A DNA stretch of 64,000 bases from Candidatus Hydrogenedentota bacterium (GTDB lineage: Bacteria > Hydrogenedentota > Hydrogenedentia > Hydrogenedentales > JAEUWI01). The notes beneath the pieces were generated by a model. That model was not told the DNA's origin. It saw only the letters and a program-made list of their open reading frames with translations, and did not search any database. Both the position numbers and the translations under genes were made by a program. Each line of letters begins with the position of its first letter. Positions within the stretch are counted from its first letter, which is position 1. The DNA lies in the NCBI GenBank assembly GCA_034669905.1, contig JAXMOL010000027.1, positions 30,511 to 94,510 on the forward strand, read 5' to 3'. This document shows positions 48,501 to 57,378 of the stretch, one piece after another.

Positions 48501-50441
48501 GTCGTCATGGACCTGGTTGAGCGCGAGAATCGTGGGATTGCCGGGGCCGGGGACCGTGCCGTCGGCGAGTGTCATGGAGCCCGCCTGGATCAACATCTCG
48601 AGTCCATCGATTTCTTCGACGGTGAGGATAATATTTTCCGTATTGTCGAAGCTCCGCGCGTTGTTGGGATTGAGCGAAGGCAGCAAGACCGGCATAGGCA
48701 GCGCGTTTTCGGCATTGGGGACAAGGACGGGCTCAAAGGCCAGCGCGGGGAAGCTTCCCGGGGAAATGGGGACACCATTCACCGCCGTGGCGACGAGTCC
48801 GTCTATATGGAGGTGGGCCGCGCCGCTGGGTATATCGACAAAAGAGAATTGCCCGAGCTCGTCGCTGTGGGTTTCGAAGGAGTCATCCCGGATGTCCAAT
48901 ACGACATGGGCGCCTTCAATGGGTTGGCGGGCGTTGTCCAGCACGATGCCCATAAAGCGTGTGGGATTGGCGGGGTCCCGTTCCAGACCGCGCACGACAA
49001 AGGTGGCGGGAAGACCGGGGTTGCCCTCAAAATCGGCTTCAACGATGTTGTTCATCGTGAGGGGGCCCGGGATGAATTCCACCGACGCGTGGCCGGTCAC
49101 ACTGGAATCGATAGTGACGGACGACGCGCCATTGACGAGCCCGCCGCCTGCGACGACACGGAACGTGATGGGCACGTTGGGGATACCATTGCAGGAATCG
49201 TTGACCCACGCACGGAGGGGCTCTGGCGCGGGGCTTCCCACTTCGACCCGTTGATTGTTGCCCGAGCCCACATTGATCTGCGAACTGGGACCGGGCAAGG
49301 CAGAGGCGCAGAAGAACACCGTACCGTTTACATTCTTACCGGTCACCCGGAGTCGGTTGTTGCCACACCCGGCATCGCTACCCGTGGCCCAGAATACGGA
49401 GGCGACTCCGGTGCTGTCCGTGCGCACCTGGCGCATGAGGCCACCGCTGGTGCCTTTGGCATCGGTGTAGAGCCGACCATTACTGCGGGTTACTTCGAAG
49501 GTGATGAGCTTGTTGGGCAGGGGACGACCATCGTCCAGTGTCGCGCGGATAGCCACGGGCAGGGGAAGCATGGTGTCCACCATGCTTTCCTGACCATTTC
49601 CGAGGAAGGCGGCCATCTGGGGACCGGAAAGGGCCACCCGGGTGACCTGTATGGTGGCTGTCGCTTCATTACCGAGGACGTCCGTCGCGCGGACCGTGAT
49701 CGTGTTTTCACCCAGCGCCAGGGGGACTGCACCCCGCTCGTAAGTGCCGTTGGTCCCAATGCCGACCGCCACGTTTCCGGGCGCGCCGTTCACCGTGACC
49801 TCGAGGCCCATGAAGCCACTCAGCATATCGCTGACGCGGCCGGCCACGTCGATGGTCTCGTTGGTGAGTTCGGCACCATCATCGGGGAAGTCGATAAATA
49901 CGGAAGGGGGTTGGGCGTCGTGGATAATGAGCAGCGGCGAGGGCGCACTTTCGGGGCCGTTGGCACCCATAACACTGACGAAGAGGCGATTGAGCTGATT
50001 GGGTTTCAATTCCACCTCAATCTGGAAGTTTCCATTTGCATCGGCGACACCGGCAACGGTTTCCACGCCGCCGCGTATTTCTAACGCGCTCATGGGTGCC
50101 GCAGTACCGGTAACCGTGATGGTGGTGGCATTCGTCGGGGAAGTGAGCGGATCGACAAGCGGGGCGCTTACGGGAGCCAGCATGCGGGCGATGAATACGA
50201 GATCGGCCACATCCACCGCGCCGTCTTCATTGGCATCCGCATCGGTGAGGGCACTGCCCGTCAGGAGGGTTTCCTGTCGCAGGTGCGCGAAGAGTGCGTC
50301 GCGATCGGTGACCCCCACCATACCATCCGCATCGATGTCGCCGGGCCCGGCCACCGCGTTGCCCGTCAGCATCAGGAGCAGCATCCCTCCAAGAAGTCCT
50401 TGGAAAGTCGTCGTCCTGCGAGCTATGACACGCGAGAACAC
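45543..50441 (-). CDS. 1632-aa secreted protein: dockerin, several Ig-like domains, EG linker, C-terminal metzincin Zn-metallopeptidase motif
   Basis: GDIDADGMVGVTD...DANEDGAVDVADL (paired dockerin loops); Big_1-like GNGQ/SGNNQ domains; EG tract; HEVGHAMRLDH followed by a Met-turn-like GIM. Confidence 0.82.
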   Translation of the reverse strand: MFSRVIARRTTTFQGLLGGMLLLMLTGNAVAGPGDIDADGMVGVTDRDALFAHLRQETLLTGSALTDADANEDGAVDVADLVFIARMLAPVSAPLVDPLTSPTNATTITVTGTAAPMSALEIRGGVETVAGVADANGNFQIEVELKPNQLNRLFVSVMGANGPESAPSPLLIIHDAQPPSVFIDFPDDGAELTNETIDVAGRVSDMLSGFMGLEVTVNGAPGNVAVGIGTNGTYERGAVPLALGENTITVRATDVLGNEATATIQVTRVALSGPQMAAFLGNGQESMVDTMLPLPVAIRATLDDGRPLPNKLITFEVTRSNGRLYTDAKGTSGGLMRQVRTDSTGVASVFWATGSDAGCGNNRLRVTGKNVNGTVFFCASALPGPSSQINVGSGNNQRVEVGSPAPEPLRAWVNDSCNGIPNVPITFRVVAGGGLVNGASSVTIDSSVTGHASVEFIPGPLTMNNIVEADFEGNPGLPATFVVRGLERDPANPTRFMGIVLDNARQPIEGAHVVLDIRDDSFETHSDELGQFSFVDIPSGAAHLHIDGLVATAVNGVPISPGSFPALAFEPVLVPNAENALPMPVLLPSLNPNNARSFDNTENIILTVEEIDGLEMLIQAGSMTLADGTVPGPGNPTILALNQVHDDEVPMPMPDGAAPPFAWTLQPSGATFDPPISITYPNMSGLPAGAIAYFLSFNHDTGAFEIVSSGSVTADGLSILSDQGSGLSVAGWGCNCPPYAVSGDCESGTEGEGEGEGEGEGEGEGEGEPGCTTSCVETGSLSGGTIMPFQDKDVVCIGQAITWSLVSPVVDNGGVMDEVCRDEEGEIISAQSMLIPPVTPDLTWQIFQDDGGAVASGQGVIATHFPSAPGKYSVEFKANADRDCPPPELVLPRADIYVVDLELDLHKPKVTHPAEPQVPDAVERSLGAQTFVNLDNDDRDGNFDLGVGDIDVADDELVKVVLKLKGKMIKPGVARLTATSGGANVRIWTKANKQEEYSSGTDVPVPGGFTETADGWETSCWVEGIAPHSSPQGTVLKFTYDQIDSKDDEVAITVVGIESIQWKGKSNSLTNTNVLDAEPNHPSGLLPSALRVFPGARVVGSTLEATPRNKVDVEVILSVKPIEALKIYFDSFDVDDPTAAMGDIDDDTRDEDNRGTDPAQTGKFTMEAAGILEHTFTNKMESVEFQTTIQPGDNFRIAGNGDKDFIQILENKDSTLGAANVDKLRIIDPAISGTPADKEVRNATMYASNLLTVWRFMHVEVDSMVAPPNPPTAQANSVIVQIHEIASTGGVATHLNFTGNILPRQDTTGNGMADTNDMSGGNGRFENGSVFVGAGAGVESSDILGNGADFVQKNEGFTLPFTAVPPALPAPPPATVSGQIVSWAGAVFTLNVTDGTMTGGFTGGTLTVAGVAFTISAQDVDNNQVTVNPLKTIPCRIADDDGAGVLPRNSRFDFMQASDDPTLNPYATAYIRPVFDGGGAASNNKHTVPVVLNTESSAVYKWESRANNTNRFWVVYVLSALQDSFRMMQRDMDPDSEGGTGGSTAGVGGSLIYLETLRERGPTADGMLAGVENRVVTHEVGHAMRLDHGNNMNQPNVNGIMNTSAQSAPDAANAKFIDRHLDELRKLTRPKS

Positions 50442-50755
50442 GAGACCTGCATCCCAATGCGTTGCACGGTCCTATCTCACCGATTGCCTGAGACAGGTAC
50501 TGCCCAAGTAGTCATTAACCGAGTCGGGAAGAGACGGTCATTGTTCGTGTTGCACGAACCCAAGTAAAGTAATCGTAACAGGCATCGGGCTGTCTGTAAA
50601 GGAGTTTTAGGAGATTTGTAGCGTACTGGCAAAATAAAAACGCTCCCCGCTCCTCCGTACGAGCGCGTTGCGGAGGAACAGGTAGCGTTTTGTCGCGGGC
50701 CATTCACCCGGTCTTCGGATGATGCCGGGTCTACTGTGGTTTCAGACCCTAAAAG

Positions 50756-51517
50756 TTAGGGTGCCGGAATCCAGACTTCGCGGGTTTCGTAAACGGGTGC
50801 GATTTCACGTTGGCGGGTCTCATAGTGGCCTACCACCACTTCGCCCGTCGCCGGAATGGTGTACTGGGGAACCCACACACGATATTCCTCGGTGCGCCCT
50901 TCCTGGACGAGAATACGTTGCTGCTGGACATGGCCGCGGGGGGCAGCAGGCGCCTGTACGGCATGGACCCGTTGCTGTTGGTTGGTCGCAAGAATGCCCA
51001 CCACGTTGACCACCGCATTGGCAATGGCTGCGTCCCGGTAGGCTTTTGCATGGGCCTTCTCGCCCGCATAGGGGTCGAAATTGCGTCCGCCACCATATTC
51101 GTTGTAGAGGTACTGCTCCAAGAGTCCGCCGAGGGGGCCACCGTTACCAATACCGTTACCGCCATAGCCCAGGCCACGGCGATTGCCATTGCCGATACCG
51201 GGGTAGTTACCGATTCGGTTGGCGCTCCGGGCACCGCCGAGGCTGCCATTGCGGTTGGCACTTCGGGCACCGCCGAGGCTGCCGTTGCGATTGGCACTCC
51301 GGGCACCTCCGATGCTGGCCGTTGTGCGTCGTGCACTGCTCATGCTGCGGGGTGCCCCGCGGAAGGAGCGGCTGGGTGATGCGATGGGTGCACGGGCCTT
51401 ACTCACGTTGAGGTTGGGGCCGGTACGCCGGAACTTGGAGGCCCCCTGGGCTTCGGCATAGCCGAAGGACATAAGGGTCATACACATGGCTGCAATTAGA
51501 ATCCGTTCTTTCATCAT
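50756..51517 (-). CDS. Secreted low-complexity protein with 12-aa tandem repeats and a YXWGXW-like C-terminus
   Basis: Signal peptide; about 3 copies of GGARSANRNGSL; EYRVWVP...GHYE...EVWIP. Confidence 0.75.
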   Translation of the reverse strand: MMKERILIAAMCMTLMSFGYAEAQGASKFRRTGPNLNVSKARAPIASPSRSFRGAPRSMSSARRTTASIGGARSANRNGSLGGARSANRNGSLGGARSANRIGNYPGIGNGNRRGLGYGGNGIGNGGPLGGLLEQYLYNEYGGGRNFDPYAGEKAHAKAYRDAAIANAVVNVVGILATNQQQRVHAVQAPAAPRGHVQQQRILVQEGRTEEYRVWVPQYTIPATGEVVVGHYETRQREIAPVYETREVWIPAP

Positions 51518-51732
51518 GGCACTAACTCCTGGGTTGTAACGCCTGCAACCAAGACGCAGCGGGGGGAAGGGTATTCACGAAGAATCGAGATATTACGATG
51601 TTTGCGGATATCCTTCGGCCTAAGTCGGGAACCCACAGAGGGATAGGACGGAGAAAAAAAGTTTACGGGGGTGTTCTGTTATGGCGCAGATCGCGCCCCA
51701 TAAGGCGAAAAGTCGGCAAATACGTCCGGGCC

Positions 51733-51761
51733 TGTAACCTTCTCGGGCCTCGGTGTGTATC
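51733..51761 (+). promoter_or_regulatory. Putative ECF sigma-dependent promoter
   Basis: TGTAAC-N17-TGTATC upstream of a cluster that encodes an ECF sigma factor. Confidence 0.35.
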
Positions 51762-51823
51762 AGGGACAGCAACGGAGCGACGGGCTTTCAGTCCCGTTCG
51801 AAACCATCTTGGAGGAATTCCCT

Positions 51824-52345
51824 ATGATTATGGCCGACGTTTTTAAAATACTGTTTCTCATCCTGGGCATGTTGCTCTGTACGGTAAGCTATTGGCTGAT
51901 GTTCCAGGCGTTGTTCAGCGGGAGCGTGGAGCGGTGTCGTACGGCGTTGCTGGCCCGTCCCTATCGCGTCTTCATGACCGGGATGATGATTGGTGTGCCG
52001 ATGTTTCTCTTTGGTGCGATTCTGTTATCCAATGGCGCGGGTCCCCTCAAGTTCATGGGCGGGGCCATACTGGTCGCCCAAACGACCCTGGCGCTCTTCG
52101 GCTCCACCGGGTTGATTCGCCATATTGGAGAGCAGTTGAGTGATCGGAGCATGCACGGAAGGCCCGGGCTGACGGTGTTACGGGGTGGAGCCGTGGTCTC
52201 CATCGCCTGCGTCTTGCCGGTCGTCGGCTGGTTTCTCCTGATTCCGGTGGTACTTATTGCCGGTTTTGGTGCGGGTATTCGCCTGCTTTGGACGCGGCGC
52301 GCCGTTCCGACGGCCCCGGCGGTGTCCCAGGCGGTTCAGGCATGA
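51824..52345 (+). CDS. 4-TM membrane protein, paralogous to 56194-56769
   Basis: RBS GGAGG; RPYRVF...LRGG...LPVVGW. Confidence 0.75.
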   Translation: MIMADVFKILFLILGMLLCTVSYWLMFQALFSGSVERCRTALLARPYRVFMTGMMIGVPMFLFGAILLSNGAGPLKFMGGAILVAQTTLALFGSTGLIRHIGEQLSDRSMHGRPGLTVLRGGAVVSIACVLPVVGWFLLIPVVLIAGFGAGIRLLWTRRAVPTAPAVSQAVQA

Positions 52346-53754
52346 AGATCTCGCGCCGTCACTTTCTCGCCTCTTCCGGACTGGCGCTGGCCACCTTGGG
52401 TGGAAGCGCCCGGGCGGCCACCCCACCCCGCTGGGAGGCCACTCCGCCGCCTCTCGCGGAAATCCGTCACGTGCTGGATCGGGTCGCTTACGGACCACGA
52501 CCGGGCGAGATGGCCCGCGTGGCTTCCATGGGAATCGATGCCTATCTGGAAGCCCAACTGGCTCCCCAGGAGTTGAACGATCATGCCTGCAACCAGCGTA
52601 TCCGACGCCTGGAGACCTTGCGCTGTCCTACGGGAGAACTCTTTGAGTACAAGGAAGAATTGCTGTGGAAGGAACTGGCCACGGGAAAGCTGCTCCGAGC
52701 GACCTACAGCGAGCGGCAACTCTTCGAGGTGATGGTAGACTTCTGGACGGATCACTTTAACATTGACAGCTCCAAGGGGGACTGCCCCTGGCTTAAGACG
52801 GCCGATGACCGGGATGTGATTCGGGCCCACGCGTTGGGTACCTTTCCGGAGCTCCTGCGGGCATCGGCGCTGGGGCCGGCCATGTTGTGGTACCTCGATG
52901 GCCGGGTGAATCGTCGGGGGAATCCGGAGGAAGCGCCCAACGAGAATTATGCCCGGGAATTGCTGGAACTGCATACCCTCGGCGTTGAGGGGGGCTACAA
53001 ACAAAAAGACGTTATGGAAGTGGCCCGCTGTCTGACGGGTTGGACGGTGCGGACAGACACCTGGTTTGGCAAAGGGCGCGTTGAGTTTATCCCCCATCTT
53101 CACGATGATGGGGCGAAACGGGTGCTGGGGGTGGAAATACCCGCTGGTAAAGGCGCTCGGGACGTCGATGCCGTGTTGGACGTGGTGGCGAATCACCCGG
53201 CGACCGGGCACTACCTGGCGACCAAGCTGTGCCGTCGCTTCATCGGCGAATCGGTGTCGCCCGAAACGGTGGATGCCGTTTCGAACGCCTTTCTTTCAAG
53301 TGGGGGGGACATTGCCGCCACCCTCCGTGCCATTTTTCAAAGCGCCGCGTTTCGTACGCCGGGTCCGACCAAGTTCAAGCGTCCCTTCCGCTTTCTCGTG
53401 ACGTCCCTGCGTGCCTGTGAAGCGTACATCGCCCAGCCCGACGCATTGCTCGACTATCTGGCGCGCATGGGGCACAGCCCCTTTCAGTTCCCCACCCCCG
53501 ACGGGTATCCCGACGAGCCGTCTCCCTGGATGGGTAGCCTGCTCTGGCGCTGGCATTTCGTGCATGCTTTGGCTCACGACCGTCTGCCGGGGGTGACGAC
53601 CGACTGGAACGGTTTATCGGAGCGCGCAGGCGGTGGACTGGCCCTCGCGGAAGCCTTTCTGGGGCGGAAGCCGTCTCCGGCTGAAGTGCGACTCGTGCAA
53701 GGGGGGGCTACTCCCGGACTCATGTTGGCCGCACCGGCCTGGCAAGGAGCGTAA
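52342..53754 (+). CDS. DUF1800 family protein with a Tat signal
   Basis: MKISRRHFL; MVDFWTDHFN, AMLWYLD, NENYARELLELHTLG and DVMEVARCLTGW. Confidence 0.93.
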   Translation: MKISRRHFLASSGLALATLGGSARAATPPRWEATPPPLAEIRHVLDRVAYGPRPGEMARVASMGIDAYLEAQLAPQELNDHACNQRIRRLETLRCPTGELFEYKEELLWKELATGKLLRATYSERQLFEVMVDFWTDHFNIDSSKGDCPWLKTADDRDVIRAHALGTFPELLRASALGPAMLWYLDGRVNRRGNPEEAPNENYARELLELHTLGVEGGYKQKDVMEVARCLTGWTVRTDTWFGKGRVEFIPHLHDDGAKRVLGVEIPAGKGARDVDAVLDVVANHPATGHYLATKLCRRFIGESVSPETVDAVSNAFLSSGGDIAATLRAIFQSAAFRTPGPTKFKRPFRFLVTSLRACEAYIAQPDALLDYLARMGHSPFQFPTPDGYPDEPSPWMGSLLWRWHFVHALAHDRLPGVTTDWNGLSERAGGGLALAEAFLGRKPSPAEVRLVQGGATPGLMLAAPAWQGA

Positions 53755-53755
53755 G

Positions 53756-54877
53756 ATGACACAGCAAGGCCCACGCGTGACGATGCGCGAAGATGCAACC
53801 CATACCCTCGTGGTGGTGTTCCTCCGCGGGGGCGCCGATGGCCTCAATATGGTGGTCCCCACGGCGGACGATGACTATTATCGCGCCCGACCCCTCATTG
53901 GTGTGTCGGAAAAGGACACGACCCCATTGGACCATCTCTTCGGGCTGAACAATGCCCTGGCACCCCTGCACCGTGCCTACGATGACGGTGACTTGCTGGT
54001 TGTCCATGGCGCAGGTTCGGAAGAAGACAGTCGCTCTCACTTTGAGGCCCAGGATTATATGGAGCATGGGGGCTTGGGTGCGGGAGGCTGGCTCGGCCGT
54101 TATCTGCGCCAGAATCCCCGGGCGGCAAACAATCCACTGGCGGCGGTTGCGATGGGGAAGACCTCCCCGGAATCCCTCCGCTCGTCGCCCGCGACGGTCG
54201 TGATGGATTCTCTCGCGGAGCTTTCTCTGGGGGAGGATGCCGGTGGTTTTCTGGGGGAGCTGGAAGCGCTTTACGGCGAATCAACCCTTCCCTGGGGCGC
54301 TGCAGGCTCGGATTTGCTGGAGGCCATGGGGCGCATCGAGACCCTGCAAGCCAAGCCCGACGTGGCCCAAGGTGGCCACTACCCCGACGAGGCCTTCGCG
54401 CAACATCTCCGGCAGGTCGCCCAGCTTATCAAGGCGGGACTCGGTGTGGAAGCGGCCACCATTGATTTGGGTGGGTGGGACAGTCACGTGGTTTCTTCCA
54501 CCCTCATGAATCCCCTGATGACCCGCCTTTCAGAAGGGCTGATGGCCTTCTACGATGACCTGGGCGAACGGCGTGAACAGACGACCGTGGTGGTTATGTC
54601 GGAATTCGGGCGGCGCGTGTACGAGAACGCCTCTCTCGGGACCGACCACGGGCGGGGGAGTGTCATGATGGTGTTGGGCGGCGGCGTGAAGGGCGGACGG
54701 GTGTTGGCCGACTGGCCGGGCCTTGCGGAGGAGAATCTGGAAGGTCCCGGTGATCTTCCTGTGCGCTTTAACTACCGGGATGTGTTGGCTTCCGTCTTCC
54801 AACGGCACGTGCCCCAACTTGAGTTGAACCAGATTTTTCCGGGGTATACACTCACTCCCATGGAGATCATGCTGTGA
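53756..54877 (+). CDS. DUF1501 family protein
   Basis: LVVVFLRGGADGLN, SRSHFEAQ, GGWDSH and MSEFGRRVYENASLGTDHG. Confidence 0.93.
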   Translation: MTQQGPRVTMREDATHTLVVVFLRGGADGLNMVVPTADDDYYRARPLIGVSEKDTTPLDHLFGLNNALAPLHRAYDDGDLLVVHGAGSEEDSRSHFEAQDYMEHGGLGAGGWLGRYLRQNPRAANNPLAAVAMGKTSPESLRSSPATVVMDSLAELSLGEDAGGFLGELEALYGESTLPWGAAGSDLLEAMGRIETLQAKPDVAQGGHYPDEAFAQHLRQVAQLIKAGLGVEAATIDLGGWDSHVVSSTLMNPLMTRLSEGLMAFYDDLGERREQTTVVVMSEFGRRVYENASLGTDHGRGSVMMVLGGGVKGGRVLADWPGLAEENLEGPGDLPVRFNYRDVLASVFQRHVPQLELNQIFPGYTLTPMEIML

Positions 54878-54905
54878 CGGGTTGGTTTTTCAGAGGACAG
54901 TGCCC

Positions 54906-55589
54906 ATGACGGACCGTGTTTTACCCTGGTGTGTTGGCGGGCGTGCCTGCCCGGCGATTCATAGCTGGTTTCCGCCGCAGGGCCCCGAGCTTTCCATGAC
55001 GTCCGCCGTCTCGGAATCGAGCGCATCTGACGATGACGGGTGGGAGGCCGACTGCATCCGGGAGACCCAACAGGGACGTCCCGAAGCCTTCAATCCCCTG
55101 GTCAGCCGCTATGCCCCCCGAATTCGTGCCTATCTTTATCGCATGGTGCGGAATCAGGAGGAGGCGGAAGATCTGACGCAGGAGACATTTATTAAAGCCT
55201 TTAGGAATCTGTCTCGCTTTAATGCGGAGCGCCCCTTTCGCAGTTGGCTCTACACGATTGCGACCAACACGGGATTAAACGCCCTGCGGAGTCGGAAGCG
55301 GCGTGGCACGGCGGTGGAGTTGGATGCCGAGCGGGTGCCTTCCCCCGACAGTGTGAACGAGCGGCCCCGTTTGCACGGGATGGGGCGCGAAGAAGCGCTG
55401 GAGCGGGCCCTGGTGCAATTGAGCGAACGGGCCGCCCGCCTGATCGCCCTCCATTACCAGGAGGGCTTCAGCCTGGCCGAGGCCGGCACCATGATGGGGC
55501 TCAGCGAGAATGCCGCCAAGGTGGCCGTCTGTCGTGCCCGCAAGCAACTTCGGCAAATCATGTTGGAGGGTAAGCCCGATGAAATGTGA
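54906..55589 (+). CDS. ECF RNA polymerase sigma factor (start at 54906 or 54996)
   Basis: EAEDLTQETFIKAF, FRSWLYTIA and a region 4 HTH. Confidence 0.93.
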   Translation: MTDRVLPWCVGGRACPAIHSWFPPQGPELSMTSAVSESSASDDDGWEADCIRETQQGRPEAFNPLVSRYAPRIRAYLYRMVRNQEEAEDLTQETFIKAFRNLSRFNAERPFRSWLYTIATNTGLNALRSRKRRGTAVELDAERVPSPDSVNERPRLHGMGREEALERALVQLSERAARLIALHYQEGFSLAEAGTMMGLSENAAKVAVCRARKQLRQIMLEGKPDEM

Positions 55590-56160
55590 CGCCGTACGCA
55601 CTGCCCTGTCGGATAGTTTTGATACCGGCGAAGCACTGGAACGCGACGCGGAGGCCCACGTCGAGACCTGTGCCCAATGTGCCGCCTGGCAATCGGAGTT
55701 AGAGCGTCTGGATGAGATGTTGTGCCAAACCACACCCGTGGAAGATGATCCGGCGCTGGTGGCGCGTATTCAGGCTGCCGTCGCCCAATCCCGTCCGTGG
55801 GTGATGCCGCGCTGGTTGGGGGCGGCCGTTGCCGCCGCCCTGATCGTGCTCTCCATGGCGGGTGGCTGGGTGATTGATACCTATGGACAGGACCCGGCCC
55901 TTTCCTGGGCCGCAGTACTGCCCACGGAACCCCTGCTGCCCGACTGGGAGATGCTCCAGACGGAAATGGTGCTCTTGCCCATGCAGGTGGAGGCGGAGAT
56001 GGCCGAGATGTCGGACGGTGTCGTGGGGGTCTGGTCGACGACAGCCACGTGGTTGTCTACCCATCTTCAGGGAAACAGCATCGTGCTGTGGGGTGCCTGC
56101 CTCCTGGGGCTGGCACTGGTCATTGTGATTAATCGTCATGAAGCGCATCGGCTCTCCTAG
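55579..56160 (+). CDS. Zinc-finger (zf-HC2) anti-sigma factor
   Basis: MKC...HVETCAQC; two TM helices; overlaps the sigma gene stop. Confidence 0.85.
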   Translation: MKCDAVRTALSDSFDTGEALERDAEAHVETCAQCAAWQSELERLDEMLCQTTPVEDDPALVARIQAAVAQSRPWVMPRWLGAAVAAALIVLSMAGGWVIDTYGQDPALSWAAVLPTEPLLPDWEMLQTEMVLLPMQVEAEMAEMSDGVVGVWSTTATWLSTHLQGNSIVLWGACLLGLALVIVINRHEAHRLS

Positions 56161-56193
56161 ACCGCGCCGCGTTGAACAGAATGGAATAGATTC

Positions 56194-56769
56194 ATGGAAC
56201 GTCTTACCGCATTATCGCTCGCCACCATGGCGATAATCGCTTTTCTGTTGGTACTCAAGAGCAGTGTGATTGCCCTCTCGATTTGGCTTTGTACGACCTG
56301 GCCGGAGCGAAGCGAACACGTCGCGACGGCCTATCGGGAGCGGCCGTGGCGTTGTCTGCTGATTGGACTGGTGAATACGGTGGTACTGGTGCTTATCGGG
56401 CTCTTGCTCACCTCGGTTGAGCCCCTGGCATTGATTGGTTTGCTGCTTCTGGCTTTTGTGGCCTGTCTGCATTTGTGGGGCCGGAGTGCGGCCTACCGGC
56501 GGATGGCGACGAAGCTGGGCGAGCCGGAAGATGGTGGGTTGCCCCGGGCCCTGGTGCGGGGGGGCGTGGTCACGGAACTTACGTTTCTGCTGCCCGTGAT
56601 TGGTCAGGTGCTCTATCTGGGTACGACCTTGCGTGGGATGGGGGCGGTGGTGGTGACTTTGGTTGCGCGGGGAACGGGAAGTGGGGAAGGGGTACCGCCC
56701 TTGCCCGTGCCGGGGGATGATGAGGCGTGGAAACCCGATAAGATTTCCGGGCCACGCGATCCGGATTGA
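56194..56769 (+). CDS. 4-TM membrane protein, paralogous to 51824-52345
   Basis: RPWRCL...VRGG...LPVIGQ. Confidence 0.75.
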   Translation: MERLTALSLATMAIIAFLLVLKSSVIALSIWLCTTWPERSEHVATAYRERPWRCLLIGLVNTVVLVLIGLLLTSVEPLALIGLLLLAFVACLHLWGRSAAYRRMATKLGEPEDGGLPRALVRGGVVTELTFLLPVIGQVLYLGTTLRGMGAVVVTLVARGTGSGEGVPPLPVPGDDEAWKPDKISGPRDPD

Positions 56770-57034
56770 ACCGGTTTGTGAAAACAGGCATGAGCGTACC
56801 TGAACGGGAATCCAAATATGCAACCTAGCGGTGACGTCGGGTAACGGAGTTTATTCAGAAGGCGTTTTCACTACGCTCGCCCGAGAAACGGTCTTGAGAA
56901 CCCAGGTGTGGTTGCCCTCCATGCACACGAACCGGCTCAGGCCGGATCGCGTGGCACGAATTGGTCGGGCATTGCCGAATTGGGTTAGTTGCTGACATTT
57001 ATACACTGGGCGGTGTGTGCCATGTTCATTTTTT

Positions 57035-57265
57035 AGTCCCGTAGGGACGATATATCGTAGCCCGGGCGTGAGCGAAGCGAACCCTGGGATCGCTCGAATA
57101 CAAGAGATGTTTAACTCCGAAGGAGTGGCATAGGAAAATCTGCGCACGTATCCAATGCCACTATGCCACCCCTTCGGGGTTCATCCCTTTGTGGCCCGGT
57201 CTACCCAGGGTTCCGCTCGTACCTCGCTTCACCGCTGGGCTACGATATGTCGTCCCTACGGGACT
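57035..57265. repeat. REP/REPIN-like ~230-bp element (copy 2)
   Basis: AGTCCCGTAGGGACGATATATCGTAGCCC ... GGGCTACGATATGTCGTCCCTACGGGACT. Shares GCGTGAGCGAAGCGAACCCTGGGATC exactly with copy 1. Confidence 0.85.
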
Positions 57266-57378
57266 AACTGCTTTAGATTCGTAAATGAGTTGGACGAATC
57301 GCCCCCTCTTGGGGGACTTCCACATCCCCCTGGAGCTGTCGGTGCTTGCCTATGCTTATTGGAACGATTGGCCAGCGA

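Noticed and set aside
50442..50755. Sigma54 (-24/-12) promoter for the surface operon
   Set aside because: I found no correctly spaced GG-N10-GC TGGCAC/TTGC motif by eye, and the nearby bEBP-like protein lacks GAFTGA.
51780..51810. tRNA-like GTTCGAA motif
   Set aside because: There is no cloverleaf or acceptor stem; it is the 5' leader of the next gene.
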